The position numbers and the translations under genes were made by a program. Positions 26,625-36,471 of a DNA stretch of 64,000 nt are shown piece after piece. The notes under the pieces are model-generated. The model did no database searches. It was not told where the DNA came from and saw nothing but the letters and a program-made list of their open reading frames with translations. The stretch is from a virus (lineage: Duplodnaviria; Caudoviricetes), in IMG/VR virus record IMGVR_UViG_3300028920_000071, positions 1,138 to 65,137 of that record. One strand, written 5' to 3'. Position 1 is the stretch's first letter, and every line of letters begins with the position of its first letter.

Positions 26625-27260
26625 ATGTCAATTTTAAATGAAATCGAAGAAGCTGTTGATAAAATGTTACTTACAGAGGTTTCTAATGAAGAAGTTATTA
26701 GAAAGTTTATTAATAATGAATATCCACACAACAAGGAAGAAGCTCCTAAATATGGTGTTAGAACAGATACTTGGTCTCCAATATGGGGAACAGCAAATCT
26801 TAAAATAACAAGAGTTCCGTTGGATATGGATAAAGATGATGAACCAGATGAAAGAGGATGGTCATTAAACTTTAATGCTACACCAATGCTTTATAAAGAT
26901 GAAGATGGTGGTATATATTTTAATAGCCAAAAGATTTCTACATCGACAACAAAAGTTCAGACTATTATTAAAAATATGATTGAAAATGATCCAGAACTCA
27001 AAGAAAAAGTTAGAGAAGTTGATCGTGATACTATTGTTAAACTTGTTAGAGGTCAAGAAGTTTCGGATGACCTTTTGAAGAAAATCGGTGACGAAGAACC
27101 AGAACCAGCAGAAGAAGAATCTCCAGAGGAAGAAGCTCCAGTTGATGAAGAACCAACTGAAGAAGTTCCAGAGGAAGAAGAAGTTGAAGATGAAGAAGAA
27201 GTTGAGGAACTTCCAACCGAAGAAGAAACAGAGGAATCCGAAGAAGAATCTGTGGAATAA
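26625..27260 (+). CDS. Hypothetical protein with acidic tail (LLTE cleavage-like site)
   Basis: AAGGAG SD; Glu-rich C-terminus. Confidence 0.6.
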   Translation: MSILNEIEEAVDKMLLTEVSNEEVIRKFINNEYPHNKEEAPKYGVRTDTWSPIWGTANLKITRVPLDMDKDDEPDERGWSLNFNATPMLYKDEDGGIYFNSQKISTSTTKVQTIIKNMIENDPELKEKVREVDRDTIVKLVRGQEVSDDLLKKIGDEEPEPAEEESPEEEAPVDEEPTEEVPEEEEVEDEEEVEELPTEEETEESEEESVE

Positions 27261-27266
27261 AATATT

Positions 27267-28190
27267 ATGATCCAGTACTATTATCCGCAAACTATTAAGG
27301 GATGCGTTGTTGCCCTTATGGATCTATTTAATGATCTTAAGGTATATAAATATGATTCTAGTGGTACATCTGCTGATTCATATCCAGTTTTCTTTACGTT
27401 TGGGCCTGTTCAAAAATATCATCAAGATAGAATAGAAGATCATTATTTTGATACATCAGCAACCGATCTTAGCGGATATACACAAGTTGAACAACAAGGT
27501 CGAAAATATTTTCTGTCAACACCACGAATGGCTTTAACTCTAGAAAGTATAACATATGACCCCGATAGAGCATATGGTGTAAATGAATGGAGATATTGGT
27601 TACAGCAATCATTAGATTTAACAGCAACAGACCTTGAAAGAATATTTTCAGATTATCAACCAACGCCATATAATCTTAATTTTAACCTTGCTATAATGAC
27701 AAACTCAATGGATTATTTTGCACAAATAATGGAAAATATTCTTCCTTATTTTAATCCAAAACTTTATTTGAGAGTCAAAGAATTTTCATTTTTGAATATT
27801 GATAGAGATTTACCTGTTAGTATTGGTGGAATTCCATTAGAGTTTTCAAGAGATATGGGAGAAACAGATCGCAGAGAAGTTAATGCAAGTTTAGATTTAA
27901 CTGTTGAAGCATTTTTATACAGACCTTGGACTTATAGTCAAATCATTAAGGTTATTAATACAAGATATTTTATGAATACAGTAGTTACAACTACAAGCGC
28001 AACATCGGCCTTCACATCTGGATCTGTATTAACAGAAACATATAGTACATCAGGATATTTGACTTCTGGTGGAGTTCCACTATCAGCATCAGATATTCCA
28101 ACTTCATATGATTTTAGTGGAACATATGATGATAGTGAAAAGGAATTTAATTGGTATAGAAATTTCTCTGCAACAGATGAAAGTGGTTAA
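27267..28190 (+). CDS. gp15: Tail sheath terminator, T4 gp15-like
   Basis: YYYPQTI...VVALMDLFNDL...FGP..KY...PRM....SI.YDP.R...PTPYN..F.L.I......QI.E.ILPYF.P. Confidence 0.9.
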   Translation: MIQYYYPQTIKGCVVALMDLFNDLKVYKYDSSGTSADSYPVFFTFGPVQKYHQDRIEDHYFDTSATDLSGYTQVEQQGRKYFLSTPRMALTLESITYDPDRAYGVNEWRYWLQQSLDLTATDLERIFSDYQPTPYNLNFNLAIMTNSMDYFAQIMENILPYFNPKLYLRVKEFSFLNIDRDLPVSIGGIPLEFSRDMGETDRREVNASLDLTVEAFLYRPWTYSQIIKVINTRYFMNTVVTTTSATSAFTSGSVLTETYSTSGYLTSGGVPLSASDIPTSYDFSGTYDDSEKEFNWYRNFSATDESG

Positions 28191-28192
28191 TT

Positions 28193-28717
28193 ATGAATAA
28201 CATTGAAAAGAATTTTGAAGGTCTTACAAGCGCATTTGATACATCTTTTAAAATGAAAGATGAAGATGCAGAAGAACTAATTGAAAAAACCGAAAAACAA
28301 ATCAAACTGATAGAAGAAAAGAAAAATGATTTGGTTTTAAATAAAAGAGAATTGGTTTTAAAAGATCAATCTTTTCTTGAGAAAGAGTTAAAATCTCTTA
28401 TAATAAGCACAAGAACTATGTTATCCAAACTTGAATGTGAAATTAAAGTTGGAACAAAATCGGGTTATTGGGATTCATATGCAAGATTAGCATCAACAGT
28501 TGCTGGTCAACTTAAAGAGTTAAGAGAACTTAATACATCTGTTGTTCAACTTGAATTAGAGAAACATAAGTTGGGTAGAGATATAAATAGTGATAAGAGA
28601 GCAACTATAGTTTTAGATGCTAATTCATTAGCAGATTATGTTAATAGTATAGAAAAGAATAGTCAAATTAGTAAGGTAGATGCAACCTTTACCATCGAAG
28701 AAGATGAGGATAAATAA
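28193..28717 (+). CDS. gp16: Terminase small subunit, T4 gp16-like
   Basis: Helical D..F....L..LI.....L..L...I......Y.....L...V..QL.EL pattern; position after gp15 and before gp17. Confidence 0.7.
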   Translation: MNNIEKNFEGLTSAFDTSFKMKDEDAEELIEKTEKQIKLIEEKKNDLVLNKRELVLKDQSFLEKELKSLIISTRTMLSKLECEIKVGTKSGYWDSYARLASTVAGQLKELRELNTSVVQLELEKHKLGRDINSDKRATIVLDANSLADYVNSIEKNSQISKVDATFTIEEDEDK

Positions 28718-28718
28718 C

Positions 28719-29939
28719 ATGAGTTTTAATGATTATTATTATATTAGAGAAGCTTTTCAAGAAAAAGATATGCAAAAAGCAGTTGGATTAATTAAATCAT
28801 ATCTTGAAAAGAATATTGGTAGTAAACTTTATCAGAAGCATGGAGTAGACTATTTTAAAAACAGTAAAGGTTCTGGTGAAGGATTAAGATATTTTCTTGA
28901 AGATGGAAGGTCTTTGAGATTTAATTTTGCTAATGGTCAAATAGATTCAATTGATATTTGGAAACCAGAATCAAAAGATCCAGCTGTCAGAATCGAAACA
29001 AAAGGATTATCGGTCGCGACTATATTACCATTTATAGCAAAGACTCTTGAAGTTCCAAAGGCCGGTAAATTTGAAGTTGAAACAAAAGAAGAAGCAGTTG
29101 CTGAATCTTTTTTAAAAGAAGAAACAATTAACGTAAGTCCTGGATCTTCAGAAACAGATAATAATCCAGATGTTGAAAAAGAACAAAAGAAACTAGACAA
29201 TATTAAAATGGCAGATGTAAAATATGTTTATGATGATTTAGATTCCTTAGTTAGATTGGTTGCCGACGGAAAAGTTTATAGTCTTTTAATTACAGGAATG
29301 CCCGGAACTGGAAAGACTTACACAACAACTAAGATATTAGATGAATATGGTAAAGAAGGAGATTTTTACATTCATAATAAGGGTGTAACAACTCCATATG
29401 CATTATACCAAACACTTTATAATAATAATGATAAAGTTATTGTTTATGATGATAGTGATAGAGTTTTACAAGATAAGAATAGTATTTCAATTCTTTTAGC
29501 CGCTCTTGATAATAAACCAGAAAGAACTATTTCTTGGGATTCTCCTTTTACTTTTGATCCGAGTGATGAATCAGAAGAGTGGATAAAATCACAAACAACT
29601 GGTAAAGTTCCGAAATATCCAAATAAATTTAAATTTACAGGAAGAATCATTTTTATTACAAATAAAAGCGCAGAGAGTATCAATGAAGCTCTTAGATCTA
29701 GATCTTATCATATAGATGTTACTTTAAGACGAGAAGATATTATTGCAAGAATTAGACAAGTCATGGAAAATATTCAGCCAAATGTTTCTATGGAATTGAA
29801 GAATAAAGTATTAGCATTCATGGAAAAGAATCAGAAACAAATGAAGTCCAACCTAGACTTGAGAACTTTTGATAAAGCCGTTACAATAGCTGCAAGCGGT
29901 AACCCAAATTGGGAGAGACTTGTCCTTAAATATGTTTAG
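28719..29939 (+). CDS. AAA+ ATPase with capsid-targeting-like leader (MSFNDYYYIRE)
   Basis: Walker A GMPGTGKT, Walker B VIVYDDSD, sensor-1 IFITN, Arg finger ALRSRS; start revised from 28680 to the ATG at 28719; TATAAATA at 28582. Confidence 0.8.
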   Translation: MSFNDYYYIREAFQEKDMQKAVGLIKSYLEKNIGSKLYQKHGVDYFKNSKGSGEGLRYFLEDGRSLRFNFANGQIDSIDIWKPESKDPAVRIETKGLSVATILPFIAKTLEVPKAGKFEVETKEEAVAESFLKEETINVSPGSSETDNNPDVEKEQKKLDNIKMADVKYVYDDLDSLVRLVADGKVYSLLITGMPGTGKTYTTTKILDEYGKEGDFYIHNKGVTTPYALYQTLYNNNDKVIVYDDSDRVLQDKNSISILLAALDNKPERTISWDSPFTFDPSDESEEWIKSQTTGKVPKYPNKFKFTGRIIFITNKSAESINEALRSRSYHIDVTLRREDIIARIRQVMENIQPNVSMELKNKVLAFMEKNQKQMKSNLDLRTFDKAVTIAASGNPNWERLVLKYV

Positions 29940-29950
29940 AAGGTGATTAC

Positions 29951-31480
29951 ATGTACATGGGAAACCGAACTCTCCGTAAGGCTGGAGAGCAGTTTAAATA
30001 TACCGAAGACCAAATTCAAGAATATATTAAATGTAAAAAAGATATAATTTATTTTGCTGAAAAATATTTTTATATTGTTACCATTGATAGAGGTAAACAT
30101 TTAATTGAACTTTATGATTTTCAAAAGAAAATTCTTAAAGCCTGCCTAGAAACACCAGAAGAAAAACAACACATTATTTGTAAGATCGCTAGACAATATG
30201 GTAAGACAACCATATTTTCTATTTTTATGTTGCATTATATTTTATTTAATAAAGATAAATTTGTTGCTGTACTTGCTCACCAAGAAAAACTAGCAATAGA
30301 AATTCTGGATAGAATTAAATTTGGTTTTAAGAATTTACCATTGTGGCTTCAAGTTGGTGTAATTGATGGGGGTTGGAACCAGAAATCTATAACATTAGAA
30401 AACGGTTCAAAAGTTTATGCATTTGCAACTGGTTCTGAATCAGTAACTGGTTTTACAGTTAACTTACTTTATCTTGATGAGTTTGCAAAAGTTCCACCTC
30501 ACGTTGCCGAAGAATTCATAGCATCAACTTATCCTGTTATATCTTCTGGTAAAACTTCAAAGATAATAATGGTATCAACACCTAAGGGCATGAACCATTT
30601 TTATGAATTCTGGTCATCGGCAATGAGAAGAAAAAACAACTTCTATCCAATTAGAGTTGGTTGGTGGGAAATTCCGGGTCGAGATGAAGAGTGGAAAAGA
30701 AAGACTATTTCTGATATTGGACAAAAACGATTTGACCAAGAATATAGTTGTAAATTCTTGGGTTCATCATCAACACTTATTGATTCGGATATTCTTGAAA
30801 GAATTGATCCTAAACAACCAGTTACAACAAAGTGGACTAACTTATTCTTAATTTATGAATTACCTGTAAAAGAAGCATTATATATTCTTGGTATAGATTG
30901 TGCCAAAGGAACCAAGAATGATTATTCAGTTATTCAGGTTTTAAGAATTTATAATGAACATGAAATAAAACAAGTTGCGGTATATAGAAATAATGATATT
31001 GCTCCACATGATTTTTCCCAAATATGTATATCAATTTCAGATTATTATAATGAAGCTCAAATGATGATAGAAAACAATGACATAGGGCAATCCCTTTGTG
31101 ATACTATATGGTACGAATATGAATGTGACAGAATTGTAAATGTTGACCCTAAAGGACTGGGAATTAGAAGCACAAGAAAAACCAAACTTAAGGCTAATGT
31201 AAATTTAAAAGAATATATGGAAAGAGAATGGTTGGAAATTGTAGATCAACAAACTGTTTATGAATTGAGCCGATATGAAGAAGTTAGACCAAATGTTTTT
31301 AAATGTGGAAACCAAGAAAACGATGATACTGTGACTTCTATGTTATGGGCTCTATATTTCGTAATAACAGACTATTATGAAGGAAAATCGACAGATATTA
31401 GGAAAATAGATGATAAATATAAGGTAGAGAATGCAGACGATGAAGATGATGAAGATGGCCCTGTATTTATATTTGAATAA
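29951..31480 (+). CDS. gp17: Terminase large subunit, T4 gp17-like
   Basis: YMGN..L..., LYDFQ, ARQYGKTT, LYLDEFA, VSTPKGMNHFY, GIDCAKG...DYS, ENND.G and DDTV nuclease motifs; no intein or intron seen. Confidence 0.97.
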   Translation: MYMGNRTLRKAGEQFKYTEDQIQEYIKCKKDIIYFAEKYFYIVTIDRGKHLIELYDFQKKILKACLETPEEKQHIICKIARQYGKTTIFSIFMLHYILFNKDKFVAVLAHQEKLAIEILDRIKFGFKNLPLWLQVGVIDGGWNQKSITLENGSKVYAFATGSESVTGFTVNLLYLDEFAKVPPHVAEEFIASTYPVISSGKTSKIIMVSTPKGMNHFYEFWSSAMRRKNNFYPIRVGWWEIPGRDEEWKRKTISDIGQKRFDQEYSCKFLGSSSTLIDSDILERIDPKQPVTTKWTNLFLIYELPVKEALYILGIDCAKGTKNDYSVIQVLRIYNEHEIKQVAVYRNNDIAPHDFSQICISISDYYNEAQMMIENNDIGQSLCDTIWYEYECDRIVNVDPKGLGIRSTRKTKLKANVNLKEYMEREWLEIVDQQTVYELSRYEEVRPNVFKCGNQENDDTVTSMLWALYFVITDYYEGKSTDIRKIDDKYKVENADDEDDEDGPVFIFE

Positions 31481-31507
31481 AATAATAAATATAGTTAGTG
31501 ATAATAT

Positions 31508-31515
31508 TATAAATA
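31508..31515 (+). promoter_or_regulatory. T4-type late promoter TATAAATA
   Basis: Intergenic consensus upstream of the sheath gene. Confidence 0.7.
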
Positions 31516-31580
31516 TTAGTGGATAAGTAGATTATATAGCTTTAGCTTAAAGAGAGAAATAAATTTAGAGGAGGTCAATA

Positions 31581-33461
31581 ATGCCAAGAGTATATTCAAC
31601 ACCTGGAGTTTATCGCGAAGAAATCGACGTATCAGAGATTTTAGTACCAGCCGGTATTTCTAATGGTGGAATAGTTATAAATTCCGACAAAGGACCTGTA
31701 AATAGACCAGTTTTAGTTACAAATGATAAAGAATTTATAGATGTATTTGGTGAAACATATTTTGTTAGTGGAGCAACTTTAACTAGCCCATTAAACGGTG
31801 CCGCTATTAAAGCTTTTTATCCGGAGTACGGATACGGTTCATACGCTGCTCTTGAGTTTTTAAAGGAATCAAGTGTTTTGTATGTTGTTAGAAATATTAA
31901 TGACGGCGACTCATACGCTGGTTTAACTGTTGAACCAGATCAAAGCACAGCAGTTTCTTCAATAGCAGGATCTTCCGCACTTTATTCAACTAGTTTTAGT
32001 GGTATTCCAGCTTCAACAACAACGACTCCAGATAAAGTAGACAGAATTCAGAACATAGACTCTTACGCAACAGGAGTTACAAGTGAGGCTTTATTAGTTG
32101 GAGCACTAGCTCCAGATAGCGATGGTAATAACATTGCTGTAACTGTTGAATTGTATAACTCAGCTTGTGATTGGGCTAATGCATATGATAACTATACATC
32201 AGCTATAGCTGCCTCGGCTCATACAATAGCATCACAAGTATTTAAACTTAATGTTTTTAAGAAAGCATCAACAGCTAGTTGGACTGATTTTGAATCATTG
32301 AGTGCTGATGATACTGTTGGAGCAGAAAGACTTAGAATTACACCTGTAGAATCTTTTTATGGAACAACGGAACCTCTTTTAGATGGTAATAAAAACCAGC
32401 TATATATTGAAGATGTTGTTAATGGAAATTCAGATTATATTTATGTTAAGGCACCGGGTGGAACATTTTCGGTTACAGGAAACGGAATGGCTGAGACTAA
32501 TCGTCCTGTAAGAAGGGATTCCAATGATCTAGAATATGTTAATTATTATAGATTGTTTCAACTTGCTGGTGGAGATTCTAATGTTCCTGCTAATGCCGGT
32601 CTGGGATCTGACCAGGTAATTTCATATGCATTGTTTGAAAATAGAGAAAATGCAGCTATCGGAATTCTTATTGCACCAACATGGAATACAAATGTTAAAC
32701 AAGAAGTTGCAAGAATAGCAGCTTCGAGGGCTGATTGTATTGCAGTTGCTCAGGTTGCAGATCCAACTAAAGAAGATAATGCGGCTGCTATTTATAATGA
32801 GGAAGCATATGGATACTTAAACCCATCTTATATGGCACTTTATTGTGGTTGGTCAAAAGCATACGACAAATACAATGACAGATTTGTTTATCTGCCAAAC
32901 GCAGTTTATGGAGCAATGTTATTTGCAAGAGTTGATAATATTGCAAATCCTTGGGATGCACCTGCTGGTATCAACAGAGCAACACTTCAAGTATTTGATC
33001 AGAGAAGAATATTAACATTTGATGAAATAGGTCAAATATATGATAAGAATATTAACTCAATAAGATTTATTCCTGGTACTGGTTTTGTCATGTGGGGTCA
33101 GAAAACTGCACAGTTAAAGAAATCAGCATTGGATAGAATCAATGTTAGAAGAAACTTACTTTACATTGAAAATAATGTAGAAGCAAGTCTTGTTCAGTTT
33201 ATTTTCGAAAATAATACCGTTAGAACAAGAGCTAGAGTATTTTCATTAATTGATCCTTTCTTAGCACAAGTTAAAGCCGGTGGTGGATTGACTGATTATA
33301 AATTAGTTGTTGACGAAACAAATAATACTGCTGATATTATTGATGCAAATCAAATGAATGTCGATATTTATGTTCAACCAACAAGAGCAATAGAATTTAT
33401 ACAGTTGAGAACAATTATAACAAGAACAGGTATTAGCTTTGAAGAAGTAGCTATAGCTTAA
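31581..33461 (+). CDS. gp18: Contractile tail sheath, T4 gp18-like
   Basis: PGVYREEID, KGPVNRP, PWDAPAG.NR, WGQKT.....SALDRINVRR, FENNT..TR, DETNNT, PTRAIEFI. Confidence 0.97.
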   Translation: MPRVYSTPGVYREEIDVSEILVPAGISNGGIVINSDKGPVNRPVLVTNDKEFIDVFGETYFVSGATLTSPLNGAAIKAFYPEYGYGSYAALEFLKESSVLYVVRNINDGDSYAGLTVEPDQSTAVSSIAGSSALYSTSFSGIPASTTTTPDKVDRIQNIDSYATGVTSEALLVGALAPDSDGNNIAVTVELYNSACDWANAYDNYTSAIAASAHTIASQVFKLNVFKKASTASWTDFESLSADDTVGAERLRITPVESFYGTTEPLLDGNKNQLYIEDVVNGNSDYIYVKAPGGTFSVTGNGMAETNRPVRRDSNDLEYVNYYRLFQLAGGDSNVPANAGLGSDQVISYALFENRENAAIGILIAPTWNTNVKQEVARIAASRADCIAVAQVADPTKEDNAAAIYNEEAYGYLNPSYMALYCGWSKAYDKYNDRFVYLPNAVYGAMLFARVDNIANPWDAPAGINRATLQVFDQRRILTFDEIGQIYDKNINSIRFIPGTGFVMWGQKTAQLKKSALDRINVRRNLLYIENNVEASLVQFIFENNTVRTRARVFSLIDPFLAQVKAGGGLTDYKLVVDETNNTADIIDANQMNVDIYVQPTRAIEFIQLRTIITRTGISFEEVAIA

Positions 33462-33472
33462 AAATAAAAATA

Positions 33473-33560
33473 TAAAAGAAGGACAGCGTAGGCATACGTT
33501 TCCCGAAACCCTAAAGAGTAGGGATTACTTCTTTTAAATTAAAACCTTTTAGGGGGGTTA
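33473..33560 (+). promoter_or_regulatory. Structured RNA leader upstream of GIY-YIG gene
   Basis: Closing stem TAAAAGAAG/CTTCTTTTA enclosing hairpins AGCGTA-GGCA-TACGTT and CCCTA-AAGAG-TAGGG; CCCTAAAG can alternatively pair with TTTTAGGG at the SD. Confidence 0.55.
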
Positions 33561-33563
33561 AAG

Positions 33564-34223
33564 ATGATTTATAAGGTAACTAATTTAATTAATAATAAAT
33601 GTTATATTGGTCAGACTATACAAAGATTAAAAGTAAGAAAAAGAAGACATATTAATGATACGTTAAAAGAATCTAATTTAAAATTTCATAGAGCTTTAAG
33701 AAAATATGGTTTAAATAATTTTAAATGGGAAATTATAAACGAAGAAAATGATAGAGATAAATTAAACGATTTAGAAAAATATTATATTAAATTTTTTGAT
33801 TGTAAAAATAATGGATATAATTCAACAGATGGTGGAGATAGTTCTAATATAAAAGAGACTTTTTGGAATAAAGCTACAAAAAAACAAAGAAAACAACATT
33901 CTATAAATATAAGTAAAGCTAAAAAAGGAAAATCACAAACTGAAGATTATAAAAAACAAAAAAGTAAACAATGGTTTGAATATTGGAATGATGAAAATAA
34001 TAGAAAAGAAAGAAGTATAAAATATAGTGGTAAAGGTAATTCAAACTCAAAATATTATTATAAAATTTATAAGGATGACGTTTTAATTTTTAATACATAT
34101 AATTTAAGAGAATTTTGTAATTTGAATAATTTTCCATTATCATATGTTAAAAGTTGTATTAGAGAAGATGGAATATATAAAAATTACAAAATAATTAGAA
34201 ATAATTATAAAAAGGAGAAATAA
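33564..34223 (+). CDS. Free-standing GIY-YIG homing endonuclease (Seg-like)
   Basis: MIYKVTNLINNKCYIGQT...R...H...ALRKYG..NF...E..YI......NGYNST.GG. Confidence 0.9.
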   Translation: MIYKVTNLINNKCYIGQTIQRLKVRKRRHINDTLKESNLKFHRALRKYGLNNFKWEIINEENDRDKLNDLEKYYIKFFDCKNNGYNSTDGGDSSNIKETFWNKATKKQRKQHSINISKAKKGKSQTEDYKKQKSKQWFEYWNDENNRKERSIKYSGKGNSNSKYYYKIYKDDVLIFNTYNLREFCNLNNFPLSYVKSCIREDGIYKNYKIIRNNYKKEK

Positions 34224-34805
34224 ATGGCAAGTTCAAACTTTACTATAGAAGGTCGTGCTTTCGCTGCTGGTTTCAAAGACGTACAAAGAACTTGGTTATG
34301 GGAATTAGTTATTGAAGTTCCAACATTGGCTGGAATTGATGGATATGATTCCGAAAGGTTTTTAGTACATTGTAGAAATGCTACTATTCCTGGAAGATCA
34401 CAGGGTATCATCACTAGTAACTTTGGTGGTATGGTTCAGTATTTTATGGGCAAACCAACATTTGAAGGAACTTTCGCAGTAACAGTTGAAGAAACTGAAG
34501 ATATGTATATTAAAAAGTTCTTAGAACAATGGCAAGAAGCAATTTTCGGAACAAGTGATAAAACTGTCAATCAGGGTTATTCAAATGTCGCATCTATTCC
34601 AACAGGTCAGAAAAAAGGATTAGTTGCTAAAACTTGTGAATTGCAATTGTTTAAAGTTGATGGAACTGAAGCTGATAAGAAATTTAGATTTGTTAATGCC
34701 ATAGTACAGTCCGTTGGTTCGGTTGCTGTTGCTTATAGTGATGAATCAGCTGTTCAGTATGCTGTTACTTTTCAGTATGATTACTATGATTTAATTGATA
34801 AATAA
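34224..34805 (+). CDS. gp19: Tail tube protein, T4 gp19-like
   Basis: C..ATIPG......F.G.....GKPTF...VT...E.....E.WQ......L......G......F.N.....VG.V...Y......Y.VTFQYDY; follows the sheath. Confidence 0.88.
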   Translation: MASSNFTIEGRAFAAGFKDVQRTWLWELVIEVPTLAGIDGYDSERFLVHCRNATIPGRSQGIITSNFGGMVQYFMGKPTFEGTFAVTVEETEDMYIKKFLEQWQEAIFGTSDKTVNQGYSNVASIPTGQKKGLVAKTCELQLFKVDGTEADKKFRFVNAIVQSVGSVAVAYSDESAVQYAVTFQYDYYDLIDK

Positions 34806-34820
34806 GTTTAACATGATATA

Positions 34821-34847
34821 AAAAGAGGGATTTAAGATCCCTCTTTT
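34821..34847 (+). terminator. Intrinsic (likely bidirectional) terminator
   Basis: AAAAGAGGGAT-TTAAG-ATCCCTCTTTT. Confidence 0.85.
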
Positions 34848-34890
34848 AAAATTCTTCTAATTTTTTAAGAAACACAATGGGGTTATAAAT

Positions 34891-35520
34891 ATGCCAATTG
34901 GAATTCAGAAGCTTGAATTAATGTCATATTTTAAACTTCCATCGACATTATTCGGAAAATCAGTACAAAGGTCGTATAGTTTCTATGCAACTTTTCTTGA
35001 TAATCCATTTAATAAGGGTGGCAATAGAAAAGAGATAGGTCCAATGCCTGTAATTAGACCTCATCATTTTTTGAGAGTGTCTATGCCAACTTATAGTTTT
35101 ACAAAAGAGGCTTTAATTTATGGACAAGTTCCGGTTTCATTTCCCGTTCTTAATGTTGATAATGCTAAAGAATTAACAGTATCGGTAGAACTTGAAGAAG
35201 ATGAATTTGGAACTGTTGAATTTTTTATAAGTTGGTGTCAAAGAAGTATAATAGATAAAGATGGTTATTATGTAGCTCCTTTAAAGAATAGAATAGGGCA
35301 TTTAGTAATTGAAATTACAGATCCTAATGGATTGCCTATTCTTTATTATTATTATAAGGATTTATTCTTTTTAAATGTAACAGATGTATCATATTCATAT
35401 GATTCTAATGATAGTATTAAAAGGAATATAACATTTGGAGTTGATAGAATTGAAACATTGTTTACCAAATATAGTGCTATTAATGCATTACAAAAGGTAG
35501 TATTTACCGGCGGTTTCTAA
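34891..35520 (+). CDS. Tail-tube-fold protein (gp54-like tube initiator candidate)
   Basis: VSMP.Y.F......YG...FP...V.LEEDE......I.W......G...I.+.D..G...Y.Y..L......V.YSY.S.D.....TF pattern. Confidence 0.55.
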   Translation: MPIGIQKLELMSYFKLPSTLFGKSVQRSYSFYATFLDNPFNKGGNRKEIGPMPVIRPHHFLRVSMPTYSFTKEALIYGQVPVSFPVLNVDNAKELTVSVELEEDEFGTVEFFISWCQRSIIDKDGYYVAPLKNRIGHLVIEITDPNGLPILYYYYKDLFFLNVTDVSYSYDSNDSIKRNITFGVDRIETLFTKYSAINALQKVVFTGGF

Positions 35521-35571
35521 TATTATAATTTTTTATATATTTTATTTAAACATTATTGAAAGGAAGTTTTT

Positions 35572-36471
35572 ATGAATATTGAAGATGTAAGTGATCAGGA
35601 ATTGAAACAAGCAATATCTGGTTCGAAAAAACCAACAGCAATTAGCAAAGACGAACAAGATGAAGTTGTAAGGCAATCAATCGCGGCTATGGAAAAGAAA
35701 ACTGTAGCACGAGCCGCCGAGCAAAATCCTATGATTATGCCTGAAGATAAATCAAATTATTGGGTTATAGATAATATTCCATCAAGATATATGTTATATC
35801 CTGAAGGTACAAAAATTTATGGAAGACCGCTGAAGGTTTTAGAAATTAAAAAATTGTCATCTATAAATGAATCAAATGCCGACTATGTTATTAATGAAGT
35901 ATTGCGTAAGACTATTAAAGGTATTAATATAGACGATTTATATGTTTCGGATAAACTATTTATAGTTTTCTGGCTTAGAGCTAATACATATAGAGAAACT
36001 GGATATGTTGTTGATTTTTCATGTACAAAATGTGACTCAGAGTCGCAGTATCATTTTGAAATAGATAATTTGGATGTGCAGTATCTTGATGAAGAATATG
36101 ATCCAGAAAAACTTATTCCATTAAAAAGTGGAGAGAAAGTTAAAATTAACTTTTTAACTGTTAAGGATAATTTAAAAATCGAAAGATTTAAGGAAATGAA
36201 TACAAAATTATTAGGTGAAATTGATAATGAAATTGTTAATATTGCTGAAATGATTAAAGAAGTTGATGGTAAAAAATTAAATTTACTTGAGAAATATAGG
36301 TTTGTTATTGATATGGATCCAGGAGATTTTTCCTTTATTACTAATTATATTGAGAAAAATGGAATGGGAATTAAGCCTTATATGAATGTAAAATGTAATA
36401 ATTGTGGAGGTACAGCCCCTGTGGGGATTACGTTTCTCCCCTCTTTCTTATTTCCCAATTTTAAGTCTTAA
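35572..36471 (+). CDS. gp26: Baseplate hub assembly/tail assembly chaperone, T4 gp26-like
   Basis: RPLKV.E...L, DDL...D..FI...LRA..Y, CTKC and CNNC zinc pairs, terminal FLFP. Confidence 0.8.
   Translation: MNIEDVSDQELKQAISGSKKPTAISKDEQDEVVRQSIAAMEKKTVARAAEQNPMIMPEDKSNYWVIDNIPSRYMLYPEGTKIYGRPLKVLEIKKLSSINESNADYVINEVLRKTIKGINIDDLYVSDKLFIVFWLRANTYRETGYVVDFSCTKCDSESQYHFEIDNLDVQYLDEEYDPEKLIPLKSGEKVKINFLTVKDNLKIERFKEMNTKLLGEIDNEIVNIAEMIKEVDGKKLNLLEKYRFVIDMDPGDFSFITNYIEKNGMGIKPYMNVKCNNCGGTAPVGITFLPSFLFPNFKS

Noticed and set aside
28680-28718. Longer ORF-track starts for the AAA ATPase (also 25524 and 61166)
   Set aside because: Extensions overlap upstream genes; internal ATGs at 28719, 25545 and 61292 fit the leader, SD or coupling better.
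14978-33461. Introns or inteins in portal, MCP, terminase or sheath
   Set aside because: All are contiguous and near expected size; the endonucleases are intergenic.
33473-33536. Hammerhead ribozyme (three stems plus GAAA)
   Set aside because: No CUGANGA core or correctly placed NUH site; kept only as an unclassified structured leader.
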